A DNA stretch of 52,593 bases, counting the filler, from Jimgerdemannia flammicorona (lineage: Eukaryota), in assembly GCA_003990765.1 (NCBI GenBank). It is 2 parts of 2 records of this genome, joined end to end, with 100 filler letters (N's around TTAATTAATTAA, not from the genome) between each part and the next. Parts side by side here need not be neighbours in the genome. Positions count along the whole stretch, not along the records: positions 1 to 26,247 come from RBNJ01000746.1; 1 more part is not named here. The stretch is one strand, 5' to 3'. Numbering within the stretch: the stretch's first letter is position 1; each line of letters starts with the position of its first letter. Position numbers and translations under genes: made by a program. Shown here piece by piece: positions 1 through 11,005 of the stretch. A model generated the notes under the pieces. It worked only from the letters and a program-made list of their open reading frames with translations, was not told where the DNA came from and searched no databases.

Positions 1-17
1 AAAAAAAAAAAAAAAAA

Positions 18-1130
18 CCAGATACCAGCTAGTATACTACAGTCACTATCAATTCCCACTCAAAGACTACCTTGAAATGAACTTTATTATTCAGTTGTCA
101 AAAACCAAGAAGAGAAGAGATGTGATTATTATCTTCATTGATCACCTTAGTAAGCAGACCTACTTCATTATAATAACTACTACTACAACAGTACTAGAGA
201 TAATATAGCTATTTATTAATAATATATTCTGCCTTTATAGACTACTATCAGTAATTATCTCAGATCAAGATGTGAAATTTATAAGTAACTTTTAGTAAGT
301 ACTCTTCAAGAGTCTAGGAGTACAACTGAAAATATCTATAGCATGCTATCTACAAATAGATGACCAGATAGAAAGAATCAATCAAACTCTGAAAATACTT
401 AGTATTTATTATAACTATAAGTAAAATGATTGAAATAAAAAACTGACTCTAACTGAATTCACATATAATAATAGTCTAAATATAAATCCTAAAAAGATAT
501 CATTCTATCTGAACTATAGATAATAACCACAAACTCCTATATCTAGTTATTATCTAAACTATAGTATCAGTTATATAAGAATTCACTGACACTATACAAA
601 ATAATATCTAGTAAGCACAAGATACTCTTATAGAGATATAAAGAATATAAGTAGTATATACTAACAAAAAGAGAAAAAAAGTCATCTATAAAAGAGAAGA
701 ACAAGTATTACTTAGTATCTAGCATCTGATTCTGAGCAATATAGATCCAAAAAGAACTATTTAAGATTTTTAAGAAATATGGACCTATTGTATATAAGTT
801 GGATCTCAGTAATATTAGAAAGAATTTACTCAGTATTTCATATATCTCAACTTCAGCTATATGTATACTTCAAACACCTTTGAAGAAAGAACTATACTAT
901 TTTTAGATTTAGTAATTATTGATCAGCAATCAGAATATAAAGTAGACTATATTCTATATCATAAGAATTACTGATTTGAATAAGCTACTAAGCCCACCTA
1001 GTACTATCTCATAAAATGGAAAGAATATCTCAAGTATGATACTATCTGAGAAAAAGAAGACAATCTTTTACCAAATATAGAAGAAGTAGTAATCCAATAC
1101 AGATATCTGGTATAATGGAAATTCTGATGA
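18..1130 (+). mobile_element. Degenerate chromovirus (Ty3/gypsy) integrase + chromodomain relic
   Basis: Interrupted translation retains integrase-core-like motifs (MNFII.L.KT, D.LSK..YF, VFH.SQL) and a chromodomain-like EYKVD.IL...YLIKWKEY..YD.I*EKEDNL at ~933-1075; riddled with transition-type stops. Confidence 0.75.
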
Positions 1131-1745
1131 AATTTCTAAAAGATAGTTATATCTCTAAATATCCTAATGAAGAGAAGTATAAATATTCTGAAACAATTCT
1201 ATATAGATAATCTAACTCTAATATAAGTATCTAGTAATAATACTAAGAACAAACTAAGAACAAGATTACTACTACTGTCTTTATAGCTATCAAATACCAA
1301 TAGAACTCTATTGAACTACACTTTGTTAATTTACAAATCTTTAGAGATCTAGACTCAAATGAAGTCTAATAATATTTTAAAATAATTCAATATTTTCAGA
1401 CTTTCTGCTATTAGTAAAAACTAAAAGAGTATTATAAGATAGAATACCTCATCTATTAACAAGCTACTCTCAGTACTGCTAAATAATGAGTCTGTCTTTT
1501 TATTAATAACTATATCTATATTATTATTAAAAGACTCTATGTCCTTTTCTGTACTCAATTCCAAGTTCTTGACTATCTCTATAGAGTATGTATATATATA
1601 TCTCCTGAGAATATTATAAATCTGAGTGATAAATAATAAAGTGATATTGTCTTTCAAATAGTTTAGGATACTGTCTTTCAGTTTAATAAATATCTAGTAT
1701 TTAGTACTAAGTCTAATAAGTAGGCTCAGATAAAGAAGAGAAGAA

Positions 1746-2207
1746 TATAATAAATTATTATATATATCTACAAGCTACTGGAAATTCTAATGGAAATTTC
1801 TATAAAAATTTCTATAAAAATTTCTACAGAATTTCTGACTAGTAGTCATAGTTACTCAAAATAGTATAAATATATATATATATTCAATATATCATATTTA
1901 GTTATAGTCTCAAATATATATAAATACTCTCTATACTGAGTATATTGTAACCTCAGCTCCACTTTCTCTGAATATACAAATAAAGTAGTATTTTTATTAC
2001 AGAACTCTCAGATCTGACTTGTTAATAATTTTAAGCCTAATTAACTTAAGATATAAATATAGTACTTCTATCAGTATAAGAACCTGAAAGCAATATCTAA
2101 ACTCTATCTTAATAAGTAATTGAAACTCAATACTTCCTTATAAGAACTTAGAACTTAGGGCTAATAGTTAGTTTGATTATCTATAATGTATTAATTCTAT
2201 TGTTATA
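1746..2207 (+). repeat. Possible degenerate 3' LTR of the chromovirus relic
   Basis: Purine tract AAAGAAGAGAAGAA just upstream, TATAAT start and GTTATA end (TG..CA after hypermutation), internal ~13-bp tandem repeats (AAATTTCTATAAA) at ~1780-1840. No partner LTR in window. Confidence 0.3.
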
Positions 2208-2437
2208 TAGTTTTATTATATATATATTGTCATGTAGTGGTTGCTGAGTCCTTCAAATATACCAGATTCTCTTCAAGGTATATCTCTTAGACTAACTCAA
2301 GTTTGTTATAAGCAAGTTCTTATTGGAGTGCCTTCCCAAGGTCTTATAGTCCTCAAACTTCTTATCTTTAACTGTCTTGTTATCTCTTAGATTGCTTGCA
2401 AGGAAGTGTGTATAAGTGAAACCAGAACTTGACTGAC

Positions 2438-2470
2438 TTTATTTCAGAAGAAATAAGGGGAGTATTTATA
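2438..2470 (-). promoter_or_regulatory. LTR genomic-RNA TATA box (TATAAAT, 2464-2470) and poly(A) signal (AATAAA, 2438-2443)
   Basis: GTATAAATAC followed ~20 nt later by AATAAA; conserved in all five family-A LTRs; the same TATA context occurs in family B. Confidence 0.7.
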
Positions 2471-2572
2471 CAAAATATAATTTAATAGTTGCTAAGATAT
2501 AAAGCTAAATATAAATTACAATAACTAAAACTACTAAGTTCCAGGGCTGGCACTGATGGTTGTACAGGTTCA

Positions 2573-2700
2573 GAATACTGGTATTATTTAGTGTCACATC
2601 AAAATACCAGTACTGGAACAATTTCGCATCACCTCAGAATACCAGTGCTGGCATTATCTAGTATTATATGAGAATACCAGTACTGGTATTATTCAGTGTA
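2573..2700. repeat. Array of palindromic motifs in U3 (AATACCAGTACTGGTATT-like, ~33 bp period)
   Basis: Perfect 18-bp palindrome at 2673-2690 plus degenerate copies near 2612 and 2638 and a half-site near 2574; repeated in the other LTR at ~9805-9932. Confidence 0.8.
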
Positions 2701-2709
2701 ATAAAGAAC

Positions 2710-3522
2710 TTAGAGCAGAAAGTTCAGGGCTTCATCATCATCATCATCACTGAAGAAGATGAGATCTGCAAATTCGTCATATAGGTCATGCATTTCACGT
2801 ACTTCAATGTTGTATGGGATGACATCATCACCAATGATGTCAATATATTCAGCTGTGGTGGAGAAATCAGGAACAAGATCTGGAGCTCTCCAGTTTATGA
2901 GGTTCTCTTCCACAAAATAGGGAACAAATGTAGGGTCTTGAAGAGGTCTAACCTGGATGCTTGGGCCTTGGAATACTGAGATCAATCCTTGCAGGAACTG
3001 GTCTGGGTTGTCCTGAAGGATAGGGTGCCAGAAGTCTTCTACTTCTTCACTGTTGAGGGTGATAGTGGACTGGGCTTCTGTAGCCACCCTGGCTTCTAGT
3101 GCATTGATACAGTGGGATGATAGGTCTCTGAAGTCTGAGACTCTGACATACTCCAAGTTGGGGATCGACCATGGTACATGTCTGAAGATCTGATAGATCT
3201 TCTTAGCTGTCCTCATTTTGTATATATCCATGAGAGTGGCATCTTGTAGCTCTTGGATGCTGGCCTGTGGAAACTCCTGGCAGAGAAGGTTTCCTATTTC
3301 ATACTCCTGCCACATTTGGAGGTATTCGGTAGCAATGGTGATCCTTGTTTCCATTTCACAGTGGTAGAGAATGAAGTGATAAGGGTCTGTAGTACTCAGG
3401 TTGACACTAGAAGTCCTTCTTGAGCAGGTCCCTATGGCTCTTCTGATATCTTGGAACATCCTTTCCTTGATCGAGATACCTTGGTGATTCCTTGACCTTG
3501 AGGTTTAGCAGGTAGCAGGCAT
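2710..3522 (-). pseudogene. LTR(U3)-encoded accessory protein, ~270 aa, acidic C-terminus; single premature stop
   Basis: The 249-aa ORF extends in frame to ATG 3522 across one TAA (3505-3507) that is CAA in the sister LTR; ends FSDDDDDEALNFLL. Confidence 0.85.
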
Positions 3523-3602
3523 TTTGTTTATGGTAAGTCTTTGAGCTATTTTGGGATTGGTGGTTCTTGTTGGTTGCTGCTACTGTGGTTCCTTGATCCT
3601 TC

Positions 3603-3646
3603 TTTTATATTCTTCAGGATGCTTATATTGTGGTCACAATGACTCA
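3603..3646 (-). promoter_or_regulatory. Internal promoter of LTR gene: TATAAAA (3603-3609) and TGACTCA site (3640-3646)
   Basis: TATA ~80 nt upstream of the ATG with A/C-rich leader; TATA conserved in all family-A LTRs; TGACTCA is the AP-1/Gcn4-type consensus. Confidence 0.65.
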
Positions 3647-3764
3647 CAGTTGGTCATCATTGCTCATCTCATATACTGTATGATCTTCTTGTGCTCTGCT
3701 CTGGTGGCTTGCAAGGAAAGACTGTCTCCTGTGCTGATGTTATCATTCTGGGGTCACCATTACA

Positions 3765-3774
3765 TCTTCCTCCT
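3765..3774 (-). other. Polypurine tract of copy A1
   Basis: Minus-strand purine run (AGGAGGAAGA) directly 5' of the 3' LTR; equivalents next to 18917 and at 49205-49214. Confidence 0.85.
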
Positions 3775-4077
3775 GAATAAGGATCTTTCTGAGTGTCCTT
3801 ATTCATTGGTCCAGTCCTGAAAAATTTGCTGATCCCATAACCTCTGACAAGGGGTCGAAAAGTGGTATTTATGGACTGATGTCTTCTCTTTGTATTTTGG
3901 TATAATAGTGAAGAGTTGCTTCCTTCATATAGAGCAAGAACTTGATTTTGATCTTGACCAATCAGTTGATGGTTTGAACTCCTCTGACTTCGAAAGTCTC
4001 ATGAATGAGTAGTTGTCAGTGCCATATCTCTTAGAGAATGGTCCAGACAGATAGCCTGCTGGTCATGGGACATGCTG

Positions 4078-5323
4078 TTACAATTCACGGCCTAGAACCT
4101 CATGGGCAGTCATCATGTTTTGCTTCTCTTGTATAGGTTTGTGGTACTTCTTGAGTCTGTTCCTATGTACCATAGTAGGCAGTATGGTCTCTGAGATTTT
4201 CTAAGCTAGAAGATAGTTCCCTTGATATCTTGTACATAGAAGGGTCCTTCCCATTTGGGCTCCAGTTTTCACAATCATGAGGCTTCTACTATATTTCAAT
4301 ACAGTAGAACCTTTTCTCTGATTTGGATGGGCTCTAGGGCCTTGTAATTCTTTTCTACATTCTTCCTTATCAGTGCTTGTGACTTAGTGATGTAATCTTC
4401 AGCCTTCTTCCTGATTTGGTGTAGTCTCTGGATTTCTGCATCAATCTGTCTCCAAGTTAGGTCTAGATTTGTGGCTGAGGTTCTATTAGAATCTTCTTCT
4501 CCAAAGAGTAGCTCTCTTAGAGTAAAATGTGTACTCTGTGACCATATATCTCATAGGACAGAGAGGGCAGTTGGGAGATAGTTATCCCAATTCTCATATA
4601 TCTCTGAGATCTTTGCTAGAATGTTCTTGAGAGTCTTGTTGATTCTCTCTATCTGTCCATTTCCTTGAGGGTGGTACACAGTGGTCTTGATGTATTAGAT
4701 TTTGTATTTCTGATACATTATCTTATGGAATCCATTGACAAATTCTGTTCCATAGTCTGTTGTGATTTGCTTTGGTGTCTTGTAGTGGCAGAGGATTTCT
4801 CAGTAGAGGAATTCAGCTATAGAGAGGGCATTGGCTTCTTGTAATGCTCCTGCCTCTATCCATTTGGTGAAGAGGTCTACAATAACTATAATATAGCAGT
4901 TTCCTGATAGTGTTACTGGTAGTGGTCCAATGATATCCATTGTGATGTGGTGGAAGGGGATAGGCTCAATTATTGATGACCCAGGTGTCTGGTCTTACTG
5001 ATCTTATTTCTGTTTTTGGCACTTATCACACCCTTTGACAAATTGGCACAGATCTTCTTCCATCTTGGGCCACCATATGGTTCTTCTTGCCTTGTTGTAT
5101 GTGTTGGTTCCTCCTAAGTATCCTTGCTCATATACTTCCTTCATTACTTGATACTTCTTGTGTTTGGGTATTACTAGCTTCCTTCTTTTCTGAGTGTAGT
5201 GTTGTCTAATTCAAACTGTTTCCAAGTCCAGTTGATGATGGTGATTGTCCAGGGTTTGAGGTGGTTGGGCATCTTCTGCTGCCCAAGATAGCTGATTAAT
5301 CCATAGTATAGCTCCTTATTCAT
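4078..5323 (-). pseudogene. Integrase (HHCC zinc-binding, core, GPF/Y module), copy A1
   Basis: WWPKMEEDLCQFVKGCDKCQ, MDIIGPLP, VDLFTKW, TTVYHPQGNGQIERIN, KLEPKWEGPF motifs; several stops and indels; no chromodomain seen. Confidence 0.9.
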
Positions 5324-6560
5324 GTTGAATAGTCTTAATGGGGGTATTTTGGAGTGTCCTTGAGAGTGCATCGGTATTGGTATTGGTCTTTTCTGAGTGG
5401 TGCTTGACAGTACAGTCATACTCTTGCAGCCTGTAGATCCATCTGGTATATATTCCTTTGGAGTTCAGAGTGTGGAATAGCCAGGCAAGAGCAGAATGGT
5501 CTGTTTGAATAGTGAAGTATTTTCCAGCTAGGTAGTAGTGGAACTTATCTACTGCCCAAACTACTGCTAAGTATTCAAGCTTACATGACTCATAGTTCTG
5601 TTCTACTCTGCGGGTACCTTGGCTTATATAGGAGATGACATATTCATGTCCATATTTCTTCTGAGCTAGGACTGCTCCAAGTCCTATAGCACTCACATCT
5701 ATCTGCAGAATGAATTCTAGGTTCCAGTCTGGTCTTCTGAGGATAGGTGCTTGGGTCAATCTGGTCTTGAGTTCATTGAAGGTTTCTTGGCACTCCTTAG
5801 TTCATTCAAATTTGGTCTCCTTCTACAGTAGCTCATAGATAGGTACTATAATGTTGGAGTATCCTTTGATGAATCTTCTGTAGTAGCTGGCCAGTCTAAG
5901 GAAGGCATGGACTTCTGTAGTTGTTCTGGGTCTTGGGTAGACTGCAATAGCCTCGATCTTCATGGGGTCTGTGTGGATTCTGGTCTGGTTGGTGAGGTAT
6001 CCTAGGTAGGTGATTTCTTGAGCTGCAAACTTACATTTCTTGTGCTTGATGTAGAGGCCATGCTCCTTGAGCCTCTTGAGGGCTAGCTGTATGTGATTGA
6101 CATGTTCCCATATAGTGTTGCTGAAGATGATCACATCATCAACATAGACAAAGAGCCATTTTCCAATCTCATTGCTGAAGACTCTGTTCATCATTTGCTG
6201 GAAACTTGCTGGGGCATTGCACATTCCAAATGGCATTTGCAGATAGATATAGGTGGCATCAGGTGTGATGAAGGCTGATTTCTCACTGGCATCTTGAGTG
6301 AGATCAATCTGATGGAAGCCTGAAAACAGATTCAAGATGGTGTAGTATTTGGCTTCGCTTCCAAGGGTGGTAAGGATTTCTTGAATATTTGACAAGGGCT
6401 GCCTATCCTTCTTGATGATAGCATTGAGCTTTCTGTAGTCAATGCAGAGTCTTGGTGCAAACTCTCCAGGCTTGCTTCCTTTCTTTGGGGCTAGAACAAT
6501 GGGTGAGGCCCAGGGGCTGATAGCTTGCTTGATGATTCTGGCTTCTTCCATTTCCTTGAG
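5316..6560 (-). pseudogene. Reverse transcriptase + RNase H, copy A1
   Basis: SPWASPIVL, RLCIDYRKLN, MPFGMCNAPASFQ, YVDD; RNase H D.S..GLGAVL, TDHSAL, DALSR. Confidence 0.97.
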
Positions 6561-6829
6561 TTTGGCTCACAGCCACTCTCTGTAGGCAGGTGGTATGGGT
6601 CTGGCTTTCTGGTAGATAAGCTTAGTATCACCAGTGTCAACTTCATAGTAGTACTTGGGTTCTTGATTATAGATATCCCTAAAGTCTGTAGCAAGTACTC
6701 CTTTGTTCTGGTGCAGAATCTTGAGAAGTTGTTCCTCCAGGGGAAAGTTTTCTCCAATGGTATATGTGTGCTTGTTCTGGTCCTTGTCTTTCTTGTGCTC
6801 AAGTTCGGTAATCTTGGTGGTGGCATAGG

Positions 6830-7254
6830 CTCCTCTTCCATTAGATCCAAAGCCTTGTTCTCCTCTCTTGGTCTTGATGAGTTTGATGGCTTCTATGATC
6901 TTGGGCTTCTTGATTTCGTGGATCAGCATCTGGCCAATCCTATCATACTTCTTGACTTCGAAGGGGGTGGTGTGGTTGTGATTTCTGACTATAAAGAAGA
7001 TCTCACCAGTGTAATCAGAGTCAATTACTCCTCCTTTAACTGAGATTTTGCTTTTGGCCAGACTGCTCCTGGTCTTGATAATTCTGGCATGGTTTTCTGG
7101 TAACTTAACTCCAATTCCAGTACCAAGTAGGGTGGTGGTCTGTGGTTTGAGGGTAGCATCTTGAATGCTGACAAGGTCTATTTCTATGGCTCCTTCAGTC
7201 TTATATTCTGGGATCTTGGCTTCAGGGTGAAACTTCTTGACCTTGAGGGTGATG
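6830..7254 (-). CDS. dUTPase domain within pol, between protease and RT
   Basis: Five trimeric dUTPase motifs in order: GAIEIDL, RSSLA, GGVIDSDYTGE, DRIGQMLI, RGEQGFGSNG; same frame as PR and RT. Confidence 0.95.
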
Positions 7255-7616
7255 TCTGATTCTTGTTCCTCCTCATCTTCACTGTTAGCTTGAAGCTCTG
7301 GGGGCTGGTCATCTTCTTTGGCTTTCCTTTTTGCTTCGGTGGCTTCTTGCTCATGTTTCTGTTGGTGGATTTTCCTGACTTCACTGATACAGGACCAGCA
7401 GTCATTCAGGTGTTCGGAGTAGTACATTCTAGTACCATAGGGGCATCTTCCTTGAGGGGCATACCCATTGATGATCTTGTTGTACCACTGCTCATCTGTA
7501 AGCTTGGGTGTCTTGCTCTTATTCTTGTTCTTATTCACTGAGTACATGAAGACCTCTGTGTCTTCATCTCCTTCCTCTATGTCTGGTAGGACTCCTTTGT
7601 GGACATTGATAGAGAC

Positions 7617-8084
7617 TCATATCTTTCTTCCTCTATAGTTGATCTGCATCTTCTGAGCATTGAGGTCAATGATGGCCTTGGCCTTATAAAGCCATTGGTT
7701 GCCAATGAGGATGTCATAGTTGGTGGTGCTTGTAACAATCATGTCTACTGAGATGGTAGCTCCTCCTATCTTAATGGGGACTTCTTGAATTTTGCCAAGG
7801 AGGGTAGCTCGTGTACCATCTGCTGTAACATAGACCATCTTGGTGGACTCTTCAATGTCCCAACCTAGGTGGTCAATTGCCTTCTTGCTTATGAGGCATC
7901 CTCCAGCACCAGTTTCAATGATGGCATCAAAGATATAGTCTTTGATCTGGCAGGGGGTATAGGCTGATGTCTTGTGCTGGTCTTTGGATTCTTCACCTGA
8001 GTTCTCAGATTCTTCCTGTGCATTATGAGCTTCTACAATCTTATACTCTTGATTCTTGGCAATAGTTGCAAGTCCTACTCTCAA
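7617..8084 (-). pseudogene. Retropepsin aspartic protease, copy A1
   Basis: DAIIETGAGGCLIS (DT in copy A2) and YDILIGNQWL motifs. Confidence 0.9.
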
Positions 8085-8195
8085 CTGCTGTCTGAAGACA
8101 GGGACTTCAGCTAGCTGTCCAAAAGTGGCATTGACCTTCTGTTCCTTGAGGTCCTTGTAGATGTCATACTAGTGGATCTTGGTCTTGCACAGCTT

Positions 8196-9406
8196 CTATT
8201 CCTTCTTGCTTTCACTTTCTTCTGAGACTGGAGTAGTGCCTTCTATGATTTGGCAGGCAGCTTCATCTAACTCCATATCTTGATCAATCTCCTCAGGTTG
8301 AGTCTTGCTTTGAATAGTGATAGCTGGGGTCTTCTTTGGTCTTCCAACTGGCTTGCTATTGCTCTTCTTGTCATAGGGCTTGGACCAGGTTCTAGTACCT
8401 TCAGTAGCAGGATAGAATTCAAGCTCCTCATAGTATTCTTCATCATCAGTGTCACTGATCTCCTCAATGACTACTGCATTGGTTTGTTCTCTGGTTCTAC
8501 TAGTATTGCTTGATTGGGCTTTGCATCTTGTTTCGGTCATGCAACTCTTTGCATAGTGGCCTTCTTCTCCATATCTGAAGTATATAATATTGCATTCTTC
8601 TGTAGCAGCTGCAAATCTCTGCACTGGTCTCCTGTTAGCACTTCGGACTTCTCTAACAACATTACCAAGGTGTGCAGTCATCTCAGTAAACTGCTTGGCG
8701 AGTTCCTCCACTGGGTCAGCTTTGGCTATCTTGGGGGTAGGTGGGGTTGGTTGTCTGTTTATGACTGTGGCAGGTAAGATACTAGTGGCTTTGATGGCTT
8801 CATCTTGATGCCAGTTATTTTCTCCATTAAGTATTCGGCAGGGTGTCTGGCAGTCTAATATCTCTGTACAAAGACCACTTTCTGATCAAGGGTCAGTGCA
8901 GCTGGGGTAGACCAGATTGCTAGGGCAATTTTAGGGTGAACTTCTTTGAGGAAGGTTGTATCCACTATTTGTTCCTTAAGGTGGTCATCATAGCCAGTCA
9001 AGATAATCTGATGGCAAATTCAGATATAGAATGAGTTGGGATCTTCACTAAGTCCCTGGCAGATAGTATTGAGTTGATCCTTGAGAGCTTACTTGATCTC
9101 TTCAGTATATATATTGTTCTGAGAAAGATCTTCATGTTGGCAAGTTTGGCTACACCAGCATTAGCAATGGTGGCTGCATTAAACTTGTCTCTGGCAGGTC
9201 CTCTAAGGCTGACTGGTAGAAGGGCCAATTGAGCATCCACACCAAGGACTTGTATGGTGGCAAATTGTTCAAAGTCTTCAATGAAGGTCAGGATTGACTC
9301 TTTAGTAGTATATCTATAGAATGTCGGGGGATACATTTCCATCTTATCTTGAACTCTTGTAGGGGTAACTCTTGTAGTCAGAGTAGTTGTTGTGGGGGTT
9401 GTTCAT
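8196..9406 (-). pseudogene. Gag (capsid-like + CCHC zinc knuckle), copy A1
   Basis: PPTF...FIEDFEQFA...LRGPARDKF capsid-like segment; YFRYGEEGHYAKSC is CX2CX4HX4C after two G>A changes; start approximate. Confidence 0.85.
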
Positions 9407-9441
9407 TTTTCAGCTTGAAAGTGAGGAATTCATCTTGAATC

Positions 9442-9459
9442 ACCAGCCAATAGATACCA
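9442..9459 (-). other. Putative primer-binding site
   Basis: TGGTATCTATTGGCTGG 3 nt after the 5' LTR end (copy A2: TAGTACCCATTGACTAG); cognate tRNA not identified. Confidence 0.6.
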
Positions 9460-9462
9460 AGT

Positions 9463-11005
9463 TGTCACATAGTGGTCGCTGAGTCCTTCAAATATGCCAG
9501 ATTCTCTTTAAGGTATATCTCTTAGACTAACTCAAGTTTGTTATAAGCAAGTTCTTATTGGAGTGCCTTCCCAAGGTCTTATAGTCCTCAAACTTCTTAT
9601 CTTTAACTGTCTTGTTATCTCTTAGATTACTTGCAAGAAAGTATATATAAGTGAAACTGGAACTTGACTGACTTTATTTCAGAGGAAATAAGAGGAATAT
9701 TTATACAAAATATAATTCAATGGTTGCTAAGATATAAAGCTAAATATAAATTCCAATAACTAAAACTACTAAGTTCCAGGGCTGGCACTGATAGTTGTAT
9801 AGGTTCAGGATGCTGGCATTATTTAGTGTCACATCAAAATGCTAGTGCTGGAACAATTTTGTGTTACCTCAGAATACCAGTACTGGCATTATCCAGTGTT
9901 ATATGAGAATATCAGTGCTGGCATTATTCAGTGTAACAAAGAACTTAGAGCAGAAAGTTCAGGATTATGGGGGCTTCATCATTATCATCACTGAAGGAGA
10001 TAAGATCTGCGAATTTGTTATGCAGGTTGCGCATTTCACATACTTTGATGTTGTGTAGGATGACATCATTGCTGATGATGTCATCACATTCAGCTGTGGC
10101 AGGGAAATCAGGAATAAGATCTGGAGCTCTCTAGTTTATGAGGTTCTCTTCCACAAAATAGGGAACAAATATGGGATCTTGGGGAGGTCTAACCTGGATG
10201 CTTGGGCCTTGGAATACTGAGATCAATCCTTGTAGGAACTGATCTGGGTTGTCCTGAAGGATAGGGTACCAGAAGTCTTCTACTTCTTCGCTGTTGAGAG
10301 TAATAGTGGACTAGGCTTCTATAGCCACCCTGGCTTCTAGTATATTAATATGGCAGGATGACAGATCTCTGAAGTCTGAGACTCTGACATACTCTAAGTT
10401 GAGGATCGACTATGGTGCATGCCTGAAGATCTGATGGATCTTCTTAGCTGTCCTCATTTTGCATATATCCATGAGAGTGGCTTCTTGTAGCTCTTGGGTG
10501 CTGGCCTGTGGGAACTCCTGGCAGAGGAGGTTTTCTATTTCATACTCCTGCCACATTTGGAGGCATTTGGTAGCAATGATGATCCTTGTTTCCATTTCAC
10601 AACAGTAGAGAATGAAGTGATAAGGGTCTGCAGTACCCAGGTTGATACTAGGAGTCCTTCTTGAGCAGGTCCCCATGGCTCTTCTGATGTCTTGGAACAT
10701 CCTTTGCTTGACCGAGATACCTTGGTGATTCCTTGACCTTGAGGTTTGGCAGGCAGCAGGCATTTCATTTATAGTAAGTCTTTGAGCTATTTTGGAATTG
10801 GTGGTTCTTGTTGGTTACTGCTACTGCAGTTTCTTGATCCTTCTTTTATATTCTTCAGGATGCTTGTACTGTGGTCACAATAACTCACAGTTGGTCATCA
10901 TTGCTCATCTTGTATACTGTATGATCTTCTTATACTCTGATCTGGTGGCTTACAAGGAAAGGCTGTCTCCTGTACTGATATCATCATTCTGGGGTCACCA
11001 TTACA
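9463..11005 (-). repeat. 5' LTR of copy A1
   Basis: Direct repeat of 2228-3764 differing mostly by C/T and G/A transitions. Confidence 0.95.
9945..10763 (-). pseudogene. LTR-encoded accessory protein, second copy
   Basis: MPAACQTSRSRNHQG...; TGG>TAG stop at 10410-10412 where the sister LTR has W; same LNFLL* end. Confidence 0.85.

Larger units (their letters stand above)
2228..3764 (-). repeat. 3' LTR of copy A1
   Basis: Direct repeat of 9463-11005; minus strand TGTAAT...ATGACA; abuts PPT. Confidence 0.95.
2228..11005 (-). mobile_element. Full-length Ty3/gypsy LTR retrotransposon with dUTPase (family A, copy 1)
   Basis: Two ~1.54 kb direct repeats with TG...CA ends, 4-bp ATAT flanks on both sides (2224-2227, 11006-11009), PBS-like TGG, PPT and gag-PR-dUTPase-RT-RH-IN order. 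Confidence 0.97.

Noticed and set aside
1421..1657. 78-aa ORF
   Set aside because: TTG start in hypermutated AT-rich DNA with no motif.
2573..2700. Regularly spaced palindromic repeats as a CRISPR array
   Set aside because: Spacers only ~15 bp and mutually similar, eukaryotic LTR context, no cas genes.
3551..3820. Hydrophobic antisense ORF recurring in LTRs (also 10792, 25872)
   Set aside because: Reverse complement of the A/C-rich leader and promoter; TTG starts; ends not conserved.
3775..4077. env-like ORF between integrase and PPT
   Set aside because: Only ~300 nt, stops in all frames in all three copies, no signal or TM pattern; an integrase C-terminal extension cannot be excluded.
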